Source of the DNA: Eledone cirrhosa
Lineage: Eukaryota
DNA length: 64,000 nt
Reading direction: 5' to 3'
Assembly: GCA_964016885.1 (NCBI GenBank)
Contig: OZ024742.1
Span: 154,380,001 to 154,444,000, forward strand
Each line of letters opens with the position of its first letter. Within the stretch, counting starts at the first letter, position 1. The position numbers and the translations under genes were made by a program. Below, piece by piece: positions 16,891 to 30,322 of the stretch. The notes below the pieces were generated by a model. That model made no database searches, was not told the DNA's origin, and saw nothing but the letters and a program-made list of their open reading frames with translations.

Positions 16891-16978
16891 ACCTCTACCA
16901 TGGTTTCGTCCGTATTTTGAGTTTTCCAATAATTATGTAATAATTATATAAACTCAAGCGCCGGATTCATCAAGAAGC
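16891..16978 (-). ncRNA. hammerhead ribozyme (CCATGG stem III) in pLTR unit 16620-17185
   Basis: Reverse complement reads gcttc-TTGATGA-atccg..ttgagttt/aaactcaa..cggac-GAAA-ccatgg-TA-gaggt. Confidence 0.7.
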
Positions 16979-17179
16979 TCGCTCTTATCTCGACACTAAA
17001 TTTTCCAAAGCGATCGCGCAAATAATTCATTTCAAACTGGCTAAAAATCGTGACGTGGTTGCGGTCAGGTTGGAAGGGGTGTGGTAGTTGCTTACGACTG
17101 GTGGCGTTTTTGATAGAAAGCACAGCACAATACAGCCACATTTGTATCTCAACCTAATGGGAGATTATTACATACAAAA

Positions 17180-17285
<106 letters not shown>

Positions 17286-17314
17286 CAATAATCAAAGTTC
17301 AGTTTAAATCATTT

Positions 17315-17367
17315 ATTTGCTTAAAATTGTTTCCTTCAAACCGAGGTTTGGATTCTTCGGAGCAAAT
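17315..17367 (-). ncRNA. hammerhead ribozyme, CCGAAGA core
   Basis: Reverse complement reads atttgct-CCGAAGA-atccaaacctcggtttgaag-GAAA-caattt-TA-agcaaat. Confidence 0.7.
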
Positions 17368-17504
17368 ATTTAGTCATCTATAACATACTTGACCTCCTTT
17401 TCAACACAACAGACATATAAAAACATATGCATATATTGACCCACGGTGGGATAACATCCATCAACGTGATATAGCATGGCAATTTACATATAAAGGTTAA
17501 AGGA

Positions 17505-17646
17505 TAAAAATAAAATTAAAAATAAAAATAAAAATAAAAATAAAAATAAAAATAAAAATAAAAATAAAAATAAAAATAAAAATAAAAATAAAAATAAAAA
17601 TAAAAATTAAAATTAAAATAAAAATAAAAATAAAAATAAAAATAAA

Positions 17647-17677
<31 letters not shown>

Positions 17678-17930
17678 TAAAAATAAAAATAAAAATAAAA
17701 ATAAAAATAAAAATAAAAATAAAATTAAAAATAAAAATAAAAATAAAAATAAAATTAAAAATAAAAATAAAAATAAAAATAAAAATAAAAATAAAAATAA
17801 AAATAAAAATAAAAATAAAAATAAAAATAAAAATAAAAATAAAAATAAAAATAAAAATAAAAATAAAAATAAAAATAAAAATAAAAATAAAAATAAAAAT
17901 AAAAATAAAAATAGAAATAAAAATAAAAAT
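17505..17930. repeat. (TAAAAA)n hexamer microsatellite
   Basis: Direct sequence. Confidence 0.97.
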
Positions 17931-18626
17931 GAAACATTGGCAGCTTATGCAGATAAAGCAAGAGGAAAGTTTATAGTAGTCAGTGTATGAAACAATCTCA
18001 CGTGTAGCATGCGCGCGTGTCTTATTTATACAGGATTAGAGTGCGGCAGATTGTTACTTGCAGGGTCAGGCAGTTGAAGCAGGCAATCGATATTATTATG
18101 TGGGCTGAAATGTTAAATCATTTTTTCGCATACACCTGTATGATATATAATCCCGAATGTAGAGAAACACCAAAATATCAAAAATATCAAACATATTATA
18201 AAACATTATAGTGTAAGCAAAACAGTGCCACTGTCTTCGCGCACACCACCACTCACATAATCCATGAGCCGCAATATATAGAGACCACGGGTCTATCATA
18301 TAATCCACGATGGTTCAGCATATAACCAAGTTATAAACCATATTTTGTCGATTCTTAATTAATAGATCATGTTGTTTAGTTTTGTGTGATGATATTATAT
18401 TCCGGAAGTGTGTGTGTGACCAAGGGGAGTTAATGCGTAAGGGGAGGTAACTAGCTAGTTTTCTTAGTTAAATTTATAATCCTAAATTACATAATTGCCA
18501 TGCTATATCATTTTGATGGATGTCATCCCAATGTGGGTCAATATATGCATATGTTTTTATATGTCTCTTGTGTTGAAAAGGAGGTCAACTAAATAGTTGC
18601 TCCTGAAAAGGAGGTCAACTAAATAG

Positions 18627-18675
18627 TTGCTCCGAAGAATCCAAACCTCGGTTTGGAGGAAACAATTGTAAGCAA
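18627..18675 (+). ncRNA. hammerhead ribozyme, CCGAAGA core, CAATTG stem III
   Basis: ttgct-CCGAAGA-a-tccaaac-ctcg-gtttgga-g-GAAA-caattg-TA-agcaa. All three stems pair. Confidence 0.8.
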
Positions 18676-18880
18676 ATAAATTATTTAAACTGAACTTTGA
18701 TTATTGTAATCTCTATATAACTGGTCTGTAAAACAACCTATGTTATCACATTGAGCTATTTATCTTACTGGTAATAAGATAGTAATTAATGACTATCTTT
18801 CACTATTTAGGGGGTTTGTATAAAAAATATATAACCATAAAAGGTTTTATTACATACATAACCATAAATAGTATCCTTAA

Positions 18881-19112
<232 letters not shown>

Positions 19113-19733
19113 ATATATATATATACATATATATAAATATATATAACAAATCTGGACCCTTCGGATTGATGATAAAATCTTTTTGTTTAATGACCGAACG
19201 AGGAATATCACGTTATCAACAGGTATGTTGTTCTGCGCCAGTGTTGTGGATGACAGAGTGTTTTATAAAATCTCATGTGTAACTCATAGGGGAAGAACCC
19301 CAAACTTTGGCAAATGAATTAAGTATGAATCCATGCAAAAAATTGCATAAATTGCACAAATCGAATAAACTCTCGACCGGGTAGTTTTTAAAATAAACTT
19401 ATGCAATTAATCCGTCAATAGAATTATTAACAGTTTATTTGAAAGATCCGGATATTAATACACATATAAATTCAGCGAGAATCGCATTTCTGTGGGTAGA
19501 AAAAGCGAAACGTAACGCAACTTCCGAGTCATGCTGGCAAGCGCTCCATGGGCTAAAAAACCCAGAGCAATAAACGTAGGTTATAAAGGCCATACAAACT
19601 GAGAAGGCGGTCAAGAAGCCATTAGCCACCTAAGCCAAAAAACATGTCAAGCGAAACAGGTCAAACAAATAAATGACATATTCATATATCTATATATCTC
19701 TTTCTCCCCCCCCCCCCTCTCTCTCTCTCTCTC

Positions 19734-19797
<64 letters not shown>

Positions 19798-19970
19798 ATA
19801 TATAAAACAGACCTGGACCCTTGGAATTAATGGTAAGATCAGGATGACTTCTCAAGAATGAAACCGTTTTAGTTCTGTAGAATTTGATCTATGCTAAAAC
19901 TTTCATACTCTGCTATGTATTGAATGCCCTACTTACTGTGGTTACCTCCGATTCAACCCGGAATAACTTA

Positions 19971-20043
<73 letters not shown>

Positions 20044-20154
20044 ATTACTTAAGGAAAATAAGACCACACATTTCACAAGGAAGACAATATTAAAAGATTG
20101 TCAACATATTTTAGTTTGATGTAAGGAATGTAGAGAATAATAATAATGTTAATA

Positions 20155-20343
20155 ATAATTGTTTCTACTTTTGGCACAAGGCCACCAATTACCCAGTGCA
20201 TTACTGGTACTTTATTTTATCGACCCCATAAGGATGAAAGGCAAAGTTAACCTCGGCGGGATTTGAAATCAGAATGGCAAGGGCAATAACACTATGCGCC
20301 AAAACATGGCGTGCGACCCTCTACCGATACTGCCAATCCACCG
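20155..20343 (-). mobile_element. full-length tRNA-SINE
   Basis: Complete consensus. Inserted in an (AAT)n run of the pLTR. Confidence 0.9.
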
Positions 20344-20482
20344 AATAATAATGTCCGTTTACAATTGTTTCGCTCCATATAATATTTCTGGATCAGATGA
20401 CTATATATCATAATTGATGTGGTTCAGCTGAAAATAAAATGGGCTCAAGTGACTCCGCGCAAATCACCGATTTAGTTGGAAA

Positions 20483-21700
20483 TTACCTATTACATAACAT
20501 CAGAGCCGAAATCCAACCCTTGCAGGGCGGAATATAAAGGGACAACGCCCTATTTGTAGTCCACAATTGCACTAATCGGGGCATCGATTTTCTAAAAAAA
20601 CAATTACATAGATTATTTAAAAATAACGGCCCCTCTATCAGCACCGAGCCGAACCATAAAGTAGTAAACTTCCTAAACGTCACCCTGGATCTCAACAATA
20701 ACCTATAAACCAGGTGAACTGCCCTTACCATAAGCCGGAATGTTAACAGTAACAGCACATATACAGGGAATTTTAATGGTGGCAGCAGCCTGCTCCCCAC
20801 TCCAAGTAGCAAACTAAAACTCAACCCTAGAATAGGATTGAGAAATGGGATGACAAATAACAAATCTCCAGGTAATAATAACCCTAGGAAGGTCCCTACC
20901 AACTTCACTAGAACCCCTAGAAGGAATAGACCTCGAAATATCACCTGGCTTAACCCCCCATTCTCATCTTATCTAGCCACTAATATCCCCAAACGCTTCT
21001 CCTCTAAACATTTCAACCCCCCACCCACCCATAGATATTACAAACTCTTTAATAAAAATAACATTAAAATCTCATTCTCCACAACACCTAACCTAACTAG
21101 TCACATCGCATTCAGTAACCATCATAAACTAAGACAGTATAACTCCCACACCGCGGTACCACCACCCCTATCAAATACACCACGCCACTACACCAATAAT
21201 TAAACTAGTAGCACACATCCCCCATCTAATCCTTCTAGCACTGACCTACCGCTTAGGTTAAACTAACCGCAGAATCAACTGCAACTGCCGTTACCCCAAT
21301 GCATGCCCATTAAATGGACACTGCCTGACACCCAACATAGTCTATAGGTGTAGGGTTAAAACTGCTTCGAATACAAGCTCTTATATCGGGTCAACCTATA
21401 ACCCTTTTAAGGTACGCTATAACGCTCACTCTTTTTCCTTCCGAGACCCTAGCAACAGATGTTCGACGTCGCTAGCTAGGCTCATTAAAAACCTTAAATT
21501 ATACAACGTTCAACACTCACTAAAATGGGATATCGTGGCTAGGGCCCAACCGTTCAATGGACGAAAAACATCTTGTGATCTCTGTATTACAGAAGCATAT
21601 TACATATCCCTATCACGACCTCTACCGATTAACGATAGAACGGAGGTACTTATTAGCTGTCAACCTCGAAGGTCTAATTCCTTCGCCAATAGAATATTTG
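20483..21700 (+). pseudogene. PLE RT fragment plus GIY-YIG endonuclease, disrupted
   Basis: GI*RDNALFV (decayed YRDD); KVVNFLNVTLDL; RNITWLNPPFS; CNCRYPNACPLNGHCL..IVY; YIGSTYNPFKVRY; CDLCITEAYYI. Confidence 0.88.
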
Positions 21701-22071
21701 ACCCAACTTACTCATCTAGCCCCATTTTTACTTGTAGCTAATAAGTTAAATTGCTATTAACAACTTAGATAATTATAAGTTACCTCCCCGACATTGTCTC
21801 TCAATTAAAAAAATTAAAAATTAGCACTTAACTATAAATAACTATAAATAAACACAATGTCTAATCTCTCGAGTAGTTACTTCCCCTGAAACCACCCTCT
21901 AATTAGTAAGGTAAATATGTCCTTTGTCAGCCATCTTGTTACCCATAGGCAGATCTCACACAATGCAGCCTCGACAGATGAATACTGCTTGATTATGGCT
22001 GATAACTGATGCAACCAAGACATCATAGTGAAAAGACAATATATGGAACATTATATTATGTAACATTCTCT

Positions 22072-22248
22072 CGGCAGTATCGGTAGAGGGTCGGACGCCA
22101 TCTTGCCAGCATAGTTACGTCCCTTTACGGTCTGAGTTCAAATCCCGCTGAGGTTAACTTTCCCTTTCATCCTCACGGGGTCGATAAAATAAAGTACCAG
22201 TAATACACTGAGTAATTGCTGGCCTTGTGCCAAAAGTAGAAACAATTA
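22072..22248 (+). mobile_element. near full-length tRNA-SINE
   Basis: A/B boxes, core and tail. Confidence 0.9.
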
Positions 22249-22269
22249 TTTTAATTTATATTCCTTTAA

Positions 22270-22389
22270 GTTCCGATGAGCCGCTCTGTCTTTTAAATAT
22301 GTTAATTATTTTCAACTGAACTAGATCAATTATGATATATAGTCATCTGATCCAGAAATATCATATGGAGTAGCGAAACAATTGTAAAC
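22270..22389 (+). ncRNA. hammerhead-like motif of PLE-B pLTR (long stem II)
   Basis: gtt-CCGATGA-gccgctc...gagtagc-GAAA-caattg-TA-aac. Confidence 0.6.
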
Positions 22390-22699
22390 GGACATTATTA
22401 TTATTAATATTATTATTATTATTATTCGCTACATTCCTTACATCAAACTAAAATATATTGAAAATCTTTTAATAATGTCTTCCTTGTGAAATTTGTTGTC
22501 TTGTTTTGCTTAACTAATGAATATTTCCAGCTCTGCGCACCTAACTTCTGCATAAACCCAGCCACCTAGCTGCTTTCTACTGCATATTGCACATTGAGCA
22601 CATGCCTTCACGCTTTGGCTTCTAACTAATCCACCAATCTCTCCTCTCATATCTCCTCTCCTATCTCCATCTCTCTCTTTAAGATTGGTTACTCTTGAA

Positions 22700-22860
<161 letters not shown>

Positions 22861-22889
22861 CATAGAGTTTAACATATATACAATGATAT

Positions 22890-23344
22890 TAAATGTTTAT
22901 AACTGATTCAGAGCACTCGACAAGTTTTCTGGAGTATAATAATCAATGATATTAAATAAATAGAAGCTATATTTATAACACCATGTTTATTATATTATGT
23001 ATATTTCAAGGGTACAAAAACTTGCGTACGCCCTCATCAGATAAAATACAAAGTTTGTTTTATAAATATTGACACAACTAAGAAAAACATTGAACCGTTA
23101 ATGTATTTTTTCTTGGTTATGTCAATATTTATGAAACAGACATTGTATTTTATCTGATGAGTGCGTACCAAAGTGTTGGTACTCTTGAAATATATATAAT
23201 AGAATAAATATGGTTTTATAAATATAGTTTCCATTTATTTAATATCATTGAATATTATACTACAGAAAAACCGTCGAGTGCTCTGAATCAGTTATAGACA
23301 TTTATATTTGTTGAATAACCAACAAATTGATTATCCATTTGGCT

Positions 23345-23345
<1 letters not shown>
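22890..23345. mobile_element. head-to-head family-A pLTR palindrome with two HHRs (22988-23048 minus, 23146-23206 plus)
   Basis: Diverged inverted arms centred near 23095. Both cores read CTGATGA...GAAA. TA flanks. Confidence 0.85.
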
Positions 23346-23381
<36 letters not shown>

Positions 23382-23424
23382 GCACTATCCACAAGTGTTT
23401 TTTAGCCTTCATATCATGTTCTCC

Positions 23425-23495
23425 TGTTTTATCTGATGAAAACACAAATATTATTGCATGATGATGTTTGTTTTTGAAATGCGCATAATAAAATA
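23425..23495 (+). ncRNA. hammerhead ribozyme with intact core, TGCGCA stem III
   Basis: tgttttat-CTGATGA-aaacacaaatattattgcatgatgatgtttgttttt-GAAA-tgcgca-TA-ataaaata, in a 170-bp TA-flanked unit. Confidence 0.85.
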
Positions 23496-23628
23496 CATGG
23501 AACTCCTTTAACCATCTTTTGATCTTATATTATATATATATATATATAGTTAAATCTTAGATAGGAACAAAAGCAGAGAGGCAGTACAAATATGAGTTTA
23601 TTAGGTTCACGCATATGAGAGTGGGGGA

Positions 23629-23660
23629 TGACGTTTCGGGCATAAGCGCTTCATCAGGAG
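23629..23660 (-). ncRNA. minimal hammerhead motif (GAAACGTC type)
   Basis: Reverse complement reads CTGATGA-agcgcttatgccc-GAAA-cg-TC. Stem I is not well paired. Confidence 0.6.
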
Positions 23661-25049
23661 AAAAGTGTGTATGTGGGGGAGTGGTGGAAAGACATATAGA
23701 AAAAAGGGGGGTCGAGAAAAGTGAGGAAAAACGATTTTAGATGTAAAAATGAAAATAAAAATAAACATAACAATAAACAAGTCGTGGACGGGTGTGAGGC
23801 AAGTAGTGGTGGTGGCGGGTGGAGTTGGGAGAGGGTGGTGGGGTTTCCGAGCGGGGAGGGCTGAAGATGGTGTTTGTGTTTGTGTGTATGTGTGCGTGTG
23901 TAGGTGTGAATGTGTGAGTTGGGAGAAGAACGAGGTTCCATGTTCAGGAAAAGGGGTACAAGTGTGTGCGTGGAGTGGGCTGTAAGTCAGTGTGTGTGTG
24001 CGTGTGGATGGGGATGGGTCAGAGGGGTGGGAAAGGGGGGGGGGGGTCGTGTGGATCCGATAGCTGAGTGTGTTTGTATGTGGGGATACGCACATGTGGG
24101 TTTGTGTTTATAGCTGGTGTGGATGTAGTTGACCTGGTTCGAAAAGAAATGTGAGTGTTTGTTCGTAAGTAGTTCCGTGGAGTGTGCGATAAGATGTTGG
24201 ATATTTCTCATGTTATAGAGTGGATAGCTGGAACGATGACCTGTGGTGTGGAATCCATTTGTGGTGGTGGTCGGAAGTGGAGAGATGTGGGGTGCGCACG
24301 CAACAGAAAGTGGTCAGAGGGTCAAGGCAGGGTGACGCGATAGCAGTAGAGGAGGATGACAGGTGAAGAAATGGTCCGTGTTGGTGTGGTCTGTGCGTCT
24401 GTGTGTGCGGAGGTGCGGTGGACAGAGGAGATGATGGGTAGGTGTGAAAGGTGAAGGAGGAATGTGGCGATGTGGGGTGATGGGGTGTATATTAGTGGAG
24501 GTGTTAGTGGGATGTGTGTGAAGGGGTGTAGGTGGAGCGGGGAGATGGAGAGGCAGAGAAAAGGTGCTGGGGACGGGGGAGGGAGTGTATTGTACGTGTG
24601 TATTGTGTGTGTGTGTGTTTGGATGAGTGTGTGTGCGGTAAAGGGTGTGTTAGTGGGTGTTAGTATTATTGGCGCGGGGAAAGTGTTAAATGCGGGTGTG
24701 TAAGTGGGAGTTAGTGGTGCTTGGGTGTGTGGAGTGGGTGGTGTATGTAGGTGTGGGTGCGTGTGTGTGTGATGGCGTGTGTCAGTGGGCGTGGGGTCGG
24801 GGGGATGTTAGTGATATTAGTTGTGGGGTGGTCGGAGTGGATGTGTGGGTGAGGGTTAGTGGTGGTAGTCGGGTGTGTGGATAGTATGAGTGCCTGTATA
24901 TATGGACAAGTGGGTCTGTGCGTGTGGGGTAGTGTGGGTGTGCGGGTGTTAGGGAGAGAGCTGGAGATGTTCGTATTGTTAGTTGGGGGAGGGCCGGAGT
25001 GAGGCGGTGAAATGGAGGAGTGTGTTAGTGGTGTTAGTGGGGGATGTGT

Positions 25050-26795
25050 GTATGTGGGGGGAAGGTGGGCGGTCGTATGCTAAATGAATAGGGGTGGGGA
25101 GTTCAGGTCGGGGTGTATTTGGGTCTGTAGAGTGAAGATGGTGTGTTGTTCGACCGTGAGGTGGGTGACGGGTGTTCCATGGCATTGGAGCAGGCCACAG
25201 ACTGTGAGGTGGTCGGCGGAATGTACAGGGGAGACAAAGTGGCGGGCGATGGGGGAACATTCGCCGAGACGATATCACGGAGGTGTTCAGTGAAACGGTC
25301 CGCCAAGCGACATCCAGTCTGTCCGACGTAGGGTGCGATACGTTCCGTGCAGCGAGGTCCATAGTCTAGGTTGGAGGAGGTGTAGTGGAAGGCGTACCAG
25401 ACGTAGAGAGAGTGGCCGTTGGGAACCTGGAAGGTGGTGGTGTTGGTGATGTGGGGGAAGGTGAGGCCTGGAGCAGGGAGGGGACTGTGGGTGAGAAGAG
25501 CTTGGTTTTTATTTTGGGAGGGTAGGGAGCTGCGGAGATTATTCGCGCGTTTGAAGGATGGGAGGGTGTGTATGGGAAGATGGGGGAGTTTGAGTGGTCA
25601 GACTGGAGGCGTCCAAAGAGGCGGAGGATAGTGCGTTGGAACGGTATGGTGGAGGGGTGGTAGGTGACGAGGCAGGGGAGACGACGGGGGTAGGGGTTGG
25701 GTGTGTGGGTGGGGAGCATCACGGGTGCGAGTGAGGGTGGTGTGGACGAGGGAAGGGGGTAACCTCTACGGATGAAATGGCTGATAAGGTACAGGGCCTG
25801 GGACACAAAATCAGCTTCTCGGCTGCAGAGGCGGTGGATCCGGAGAAGTTGGGAGTAGGGAATAGAGTGTTTTTTATGTGTTGGGTAGGAGGAGGTGAAG
25901 TCGAGGTAGGAGTGGGAATCGGTGGGCTTGAAGAAGGCGGAGATGACGAGGGAGCGGTGGGAGGGGTCGATGGTGACGGAGATGTCTAAGAAGTGGAGGT
26001 GGGTGGTGGAGATAGAGGTGGTGAAGTTGAGGTAGGGGTGGAAGTAGCACACGAAGGAGAGAAAAGAGTCGAGCTGTTCTCGGATGAGGGACGTGGCTCC
26101 GATACAGTCGTCGATGTAACGACCGTACAGTTCGGGCGTGGAGCCGGTGTTCCGGGCAAAGATTTGGGCCTCAACATGGCTAACAAAAAGGTTGGCATAG
26201 TTTGGGCCCATTCTTGTGTCCATGGCTACACCTGAGACATATTGGTAAAACTCACCCGAGAAGGAGAATCAGTTGAGGGTGAGGACCAGCTCGGCGACGC
26301 GAAGGAGGGTGGGTGGAGGGGATGGGAGAGGGGCGAAGGTCTAGGTGGTGCCGGAGGCACGTAGGTCTTCGGCGTGGAGGATGACAGTATAGAGAGACTT
26401 GATATCTAGGGTAAAGGGGTGGAGTGTGGGCCGGGTGTGAAAGTGAGGGAGTCGAACAGGGTAAGGACGTGGTTGGTTTCGGAGATGTAAGAGGCGACGG
26501 TGCGTGACGAGAGGGCGAAGATGAAGTCAAGAAAGGCGGAGATGAGTTCGGTGGGGCAGTTAAAAGCGGAGATGATGGGGCGGCCGGGGCTGCCAGGTTT
26601 GTGGAGTTTGGGGTACGGGGGTGCGGACGATGAGGTGGGAAGCGGTGGGGGAGGAGGAGACAAGGTGTTGGCTGGTGGAGGAAACTTGTTGTTGGTTGAG
26701 GGGTGTGGGCTCGGAGTGTAGAAGGTGGTAGAAGAGGGAGTTACGGAGCTGCCTGAGGGCTCCGGCCGTGTAGAGTTCAGCGGCCACACCACCAC
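25050..26795 (-). pseudogene. PLE reverse transcriptase plus GIY-YIG endonuclease, frameshifted
   Basis: PKLHKPGSPGRPIISAFNCPTELIS; VAMDTRMGPNYANLF; YGRYIDDCIG; FLDISV; KPTDSHSYL; SIPYSQLLRIHRLCS; YVGQTGCRLADRFTEHL. Confidence 0.92.
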
Positions 26796-26900
26796 GGCGC
26801 CTATGTGTGTGGGTGGGTGTGTGTGTGTTTATGTATGTATGTTTGTATATAAGTATGTATTCAATAATACGTGGATATCTAACATCGTTAACGAACCCAA

Positions 26901-26988
26901 GAGTCTGATGAGCTAATGACTCCAGAGTTGGGCCCGATCAATACTCATCGAATCTTAAGCTGAAGAACCGCGAAACGCGCATCACACC
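26901..26988 (+). ncRNA. decayed hammerhead-like motif
   Basis: CTGATGA-gc...gc-GAAA-cgcgca-TC. Stems are imperfect. Confidence 0.45.
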
Positions 26989-28460
26989 TTTATAAACCTA
27001 ATTATTATTAATATTACACTCTGCTTATTAAGTAAACCGACCATAGTATAAAACCAAATATATAACTCCAAGTACTATTCTATAACGGAACCACGTACGC
27101 ATCGAGCGTTCAAGTTGGTGAACCAATGGCAACATAATGTTACAATACATTAAGATACACACACACACGCAAACACACACACGCACATACACACACACAT
27201 ATATATATTCATATATATATATATATATATAAACGTATATATATAGAGAGAGGGGAGAGAGAGAGAGGGAAAATATAGAAGCATAAATGAAAAATAGTGG
27301 TCACCATTCAAAATGTTATACTGGAGCTTCAATTTTATAGCAGATGTCATATTAACGACTGTTTGTCATACAGACATAGATTTCTTTCAGAAGCTGCATT
27401 TTAGAGAGATACATAACAGTCAGTGTTTCCCTACCATAACAAATGTTTTAAGGATGCCTTTGTGTCAAAGACAATATGGGAGAGATGCAATAATATCAGA
27501 GAAACCAATAGTGGCATTAGTCTGTATCAAAAAAAAAAAAAAGAAGATTTTATTATTACCCTGTTTGTATGATATTGAAAAGAAAACTATGGTTCTGTAG
27601 CAGTCATCATTATAGTTGATCTTTCGCTGGTGCAAATAAAGATATAATATTTTATTACGTCACTGTAAATGTTTTCGATATATGTTCTCCTTTTCGGTCT
27701 ATTCTTTCAAGCATAAAAGTAATACAGTAGTGCCTCACTTATGACTCGATTATATTGACACGTTGCTATAAAATATACAAATATACAAGCTTGTTTCTGA
27801 ACAATACCTTAACACATGTTTTAAAACATTGCTAAGTCTTGACACATACCTATATTATTCTGTCTTTCTCGAATTAATACAGAAGATAATAATCGTTTAG
27901 ATACATTCTCATATAAGATCTCATTTAAGAATAACGATTGCTTTCCAATAGAAGAAAGTCACAATGGAGCTCTATCATAGAAATAGAGTATATATTGTGT
28001 TTGCGTTTTCTTGCATTTCTAACTTTCACTGAATACAACTGTAACGTATATGCTCAGAAAAGATTAAACCTAATAAATATGTTCAAACATCAACGACTAT
28101 AGATTTCTATATTAATATGACTACATACGTAATTACTGTGAAATTGAACGCACGGATCAAATGAACTATGTTTCACAGCCGTATTCCCGGTGGAATAATT
28201 TCTCATTTTACAAGTTATTCGATTATCATGAGCGCTAGAAAAAAATTCTGGACAAAATTTAAAGCATTAAATGTTTTTCAAAGTATGAATTTCACGCGTA
28301 GAACTTTCTAAAATTTAAATAGCTTAATATTGCTGTAAACAAAAAATGAAAATAGTTCCAAATATATATCTGTACACATATGCATATTCGAACATATGTA
28401 TTTACAAGTATGTGTTTATGTATGAAATACCGAACACTAATTATTTGTGATAAGCTACAT

Positions 28461-28660
28461 NNNNNNNNNNNNNNNNNNNNNNNNNNNNNNNNNNNNNNNN
28501 NNNNNNNNNNNNNNNNNNNNNNNNNNNNNNNNNNNNNNNNNNNNNNNNNNNNNNNNNNNNNNNNNNNNNNNNNNNNNNNNNNNNNNNNNNNNNNNNNNNN
28601 NNNNNNNNNNNNNNNNNNNNNNNNNNNNNNNNNNNNNNNNNNNNNNNNNNNNNNNNNNNN
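28461..28660. other. assembly gap (200 N)
   Basis: Run of N. Confidence 1.
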
Positions 28661-30116
28661 GAAGTGTTTTACTCCGTCAATACTCCGATATGCCCAGCTC
28701 CTGGTTGTGTCGTTATTGCTCTGAGGAACTGGAATCATATGAATTCGAACAAACGAATTTCGGCGTCACAGGACACTCTCTCATCCCATTGGTCAGTTGT
28801 GAGGACATTCCTCAGTCAAAAGTCTATAGAAATTTCTCTGAGGCAAGACAATCTGTTGTGGTTGTTTTTGTTAAGTACAGCTGACCTCCTCCATTGTGTT
28901 GGTAGTGGTAGTGATGTTAAGGGGTCAGCTGGCAGGCCAGCTTTGGTTTGCTTCTGCTATGTTCAGAAGAATTTGTGTGTATGGGTTGGCATCTATCCTG
29001 CCATCATTTCACGTGGTGGGGGTGCCAAACAGATACAAAAATAAGATAAAATAAAATAAAAAAAAAAAAAAATAATAATATAAAATAAAACGCGTGTGTG
29101 TTACAAAAAAAAATAAAACCCAATATCAAAGTTTGAAAGATTTGGAAAATATTGACTGAAGTAGGAAGGCTGTGTGTCAGAATCGAGAAGTGCAAAGGAT
29201 TACAATCCTTACACTATCATGGGGTGGTGCGTTTTAAGAGCAAATGAGATAAGAGTGGAGTGTAAAACACCAGACTCTAAGTGTCAACATCCGAAAATGC
29301 AGAGGACTACAGTTCTTATTTCGGCATAAAGTACATATGTACAAGCACATACGCATACACACAGGCTCAGGTGCATCCCATATGTACACATATATACGCA
29401 CCACACATACACACACACATATATATATATACATATATACACAGATATATACACATGCATAACAGACACACACACACACACATACATACATGCAAGTATC
29501 TATGTAAGCACAAACTTAAACAACAGTATCTCTGTATGGACATATGTATAAGTATGTGTTGCCATAGCAGTCGATCGAGGTAGGTGAATGTGTAGGGAGT
29601 GGTTTACCGTGGGTTCGGTGTGGCGGGGCTACTGTCCCTATAGCTTCCTCAAGCTATATGGAGAATAACAACACACTGGGATGGTAACTTCCCTCAAGCA
29701 CCACCTACCGAGTTACTTCTATTGTAACTCGGTAGGTGGTGCCTGCCAGCACCTTTACAATCCGTTGCTGAGATGAGGAGGATGCCTACATCGGTCGATG
29801 GTGCATCGCACCATATTTTCGTCCTCAATGAGAGTGTACATATTCATTCGTACAAAAGAGATTTGATTAACCTTTTATCTTTCAATAATATACTTTCGAG
29901 AGCCCTTGCAATTAGAACTATAATTAATTACTTTTACTATATTCTTCCTAATTAATTTAACGTAAAAGTCGCACATAACGTTTATATATTTTATAAATTT
30001 TATAATTATTCTAAACGTTATAAATCTTATAATTCTTGCTAGTCATCATTTTTTATATCTGTTTATAACTTTTATTCCTGCTTTTTATTATTATTTGTTT
30101 TCTTTTTTTTGTTGAG

Positions 30117-30322
30117 GGTGGTGGATTGGCAGTATCGGCAGAGTCGGACACCATACATAGCGTTACGGCCCTTTACGGCCTGAGTTCAAATCCCGCCGAG
30201 ATTAACTTTGTCTTTCATCCTCACGTGGTCTATCAAATGAAACACCAGTAACGTATGTGGGTCGATTTAATCGACTTCTTAGCCCCAAAATTACTGGTCT
30301 TGTGCCTATACGAGAAAACATT
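30117..30322 (+). mobile_element. tRNA-SINE, longer and more diverged subfamily
   Basis: Same 5' end and core, with an extra gtcgatttaatcgact segment. Confidence 0.85.

Larger units (their letters stand above)
23550..26800 (-). mobile_element. Neptune-like Penelope-like element, 5'-truncated, with long C/A-rich 3' UTR
   Basis: RT and GIY-YIG remnants, a terminal minimal HHR, AATAAA, then a TA tract. Clade assignment is tentative. Confidence 0.85.

Noticed and set aside
28661-28980. Possible LINE APE endonuclease N-terminus on the minus strand (RNVLT...PGAGHI)
   Set aside because: Similarity is too weak to call by eye and the sequence is cut by the gap.
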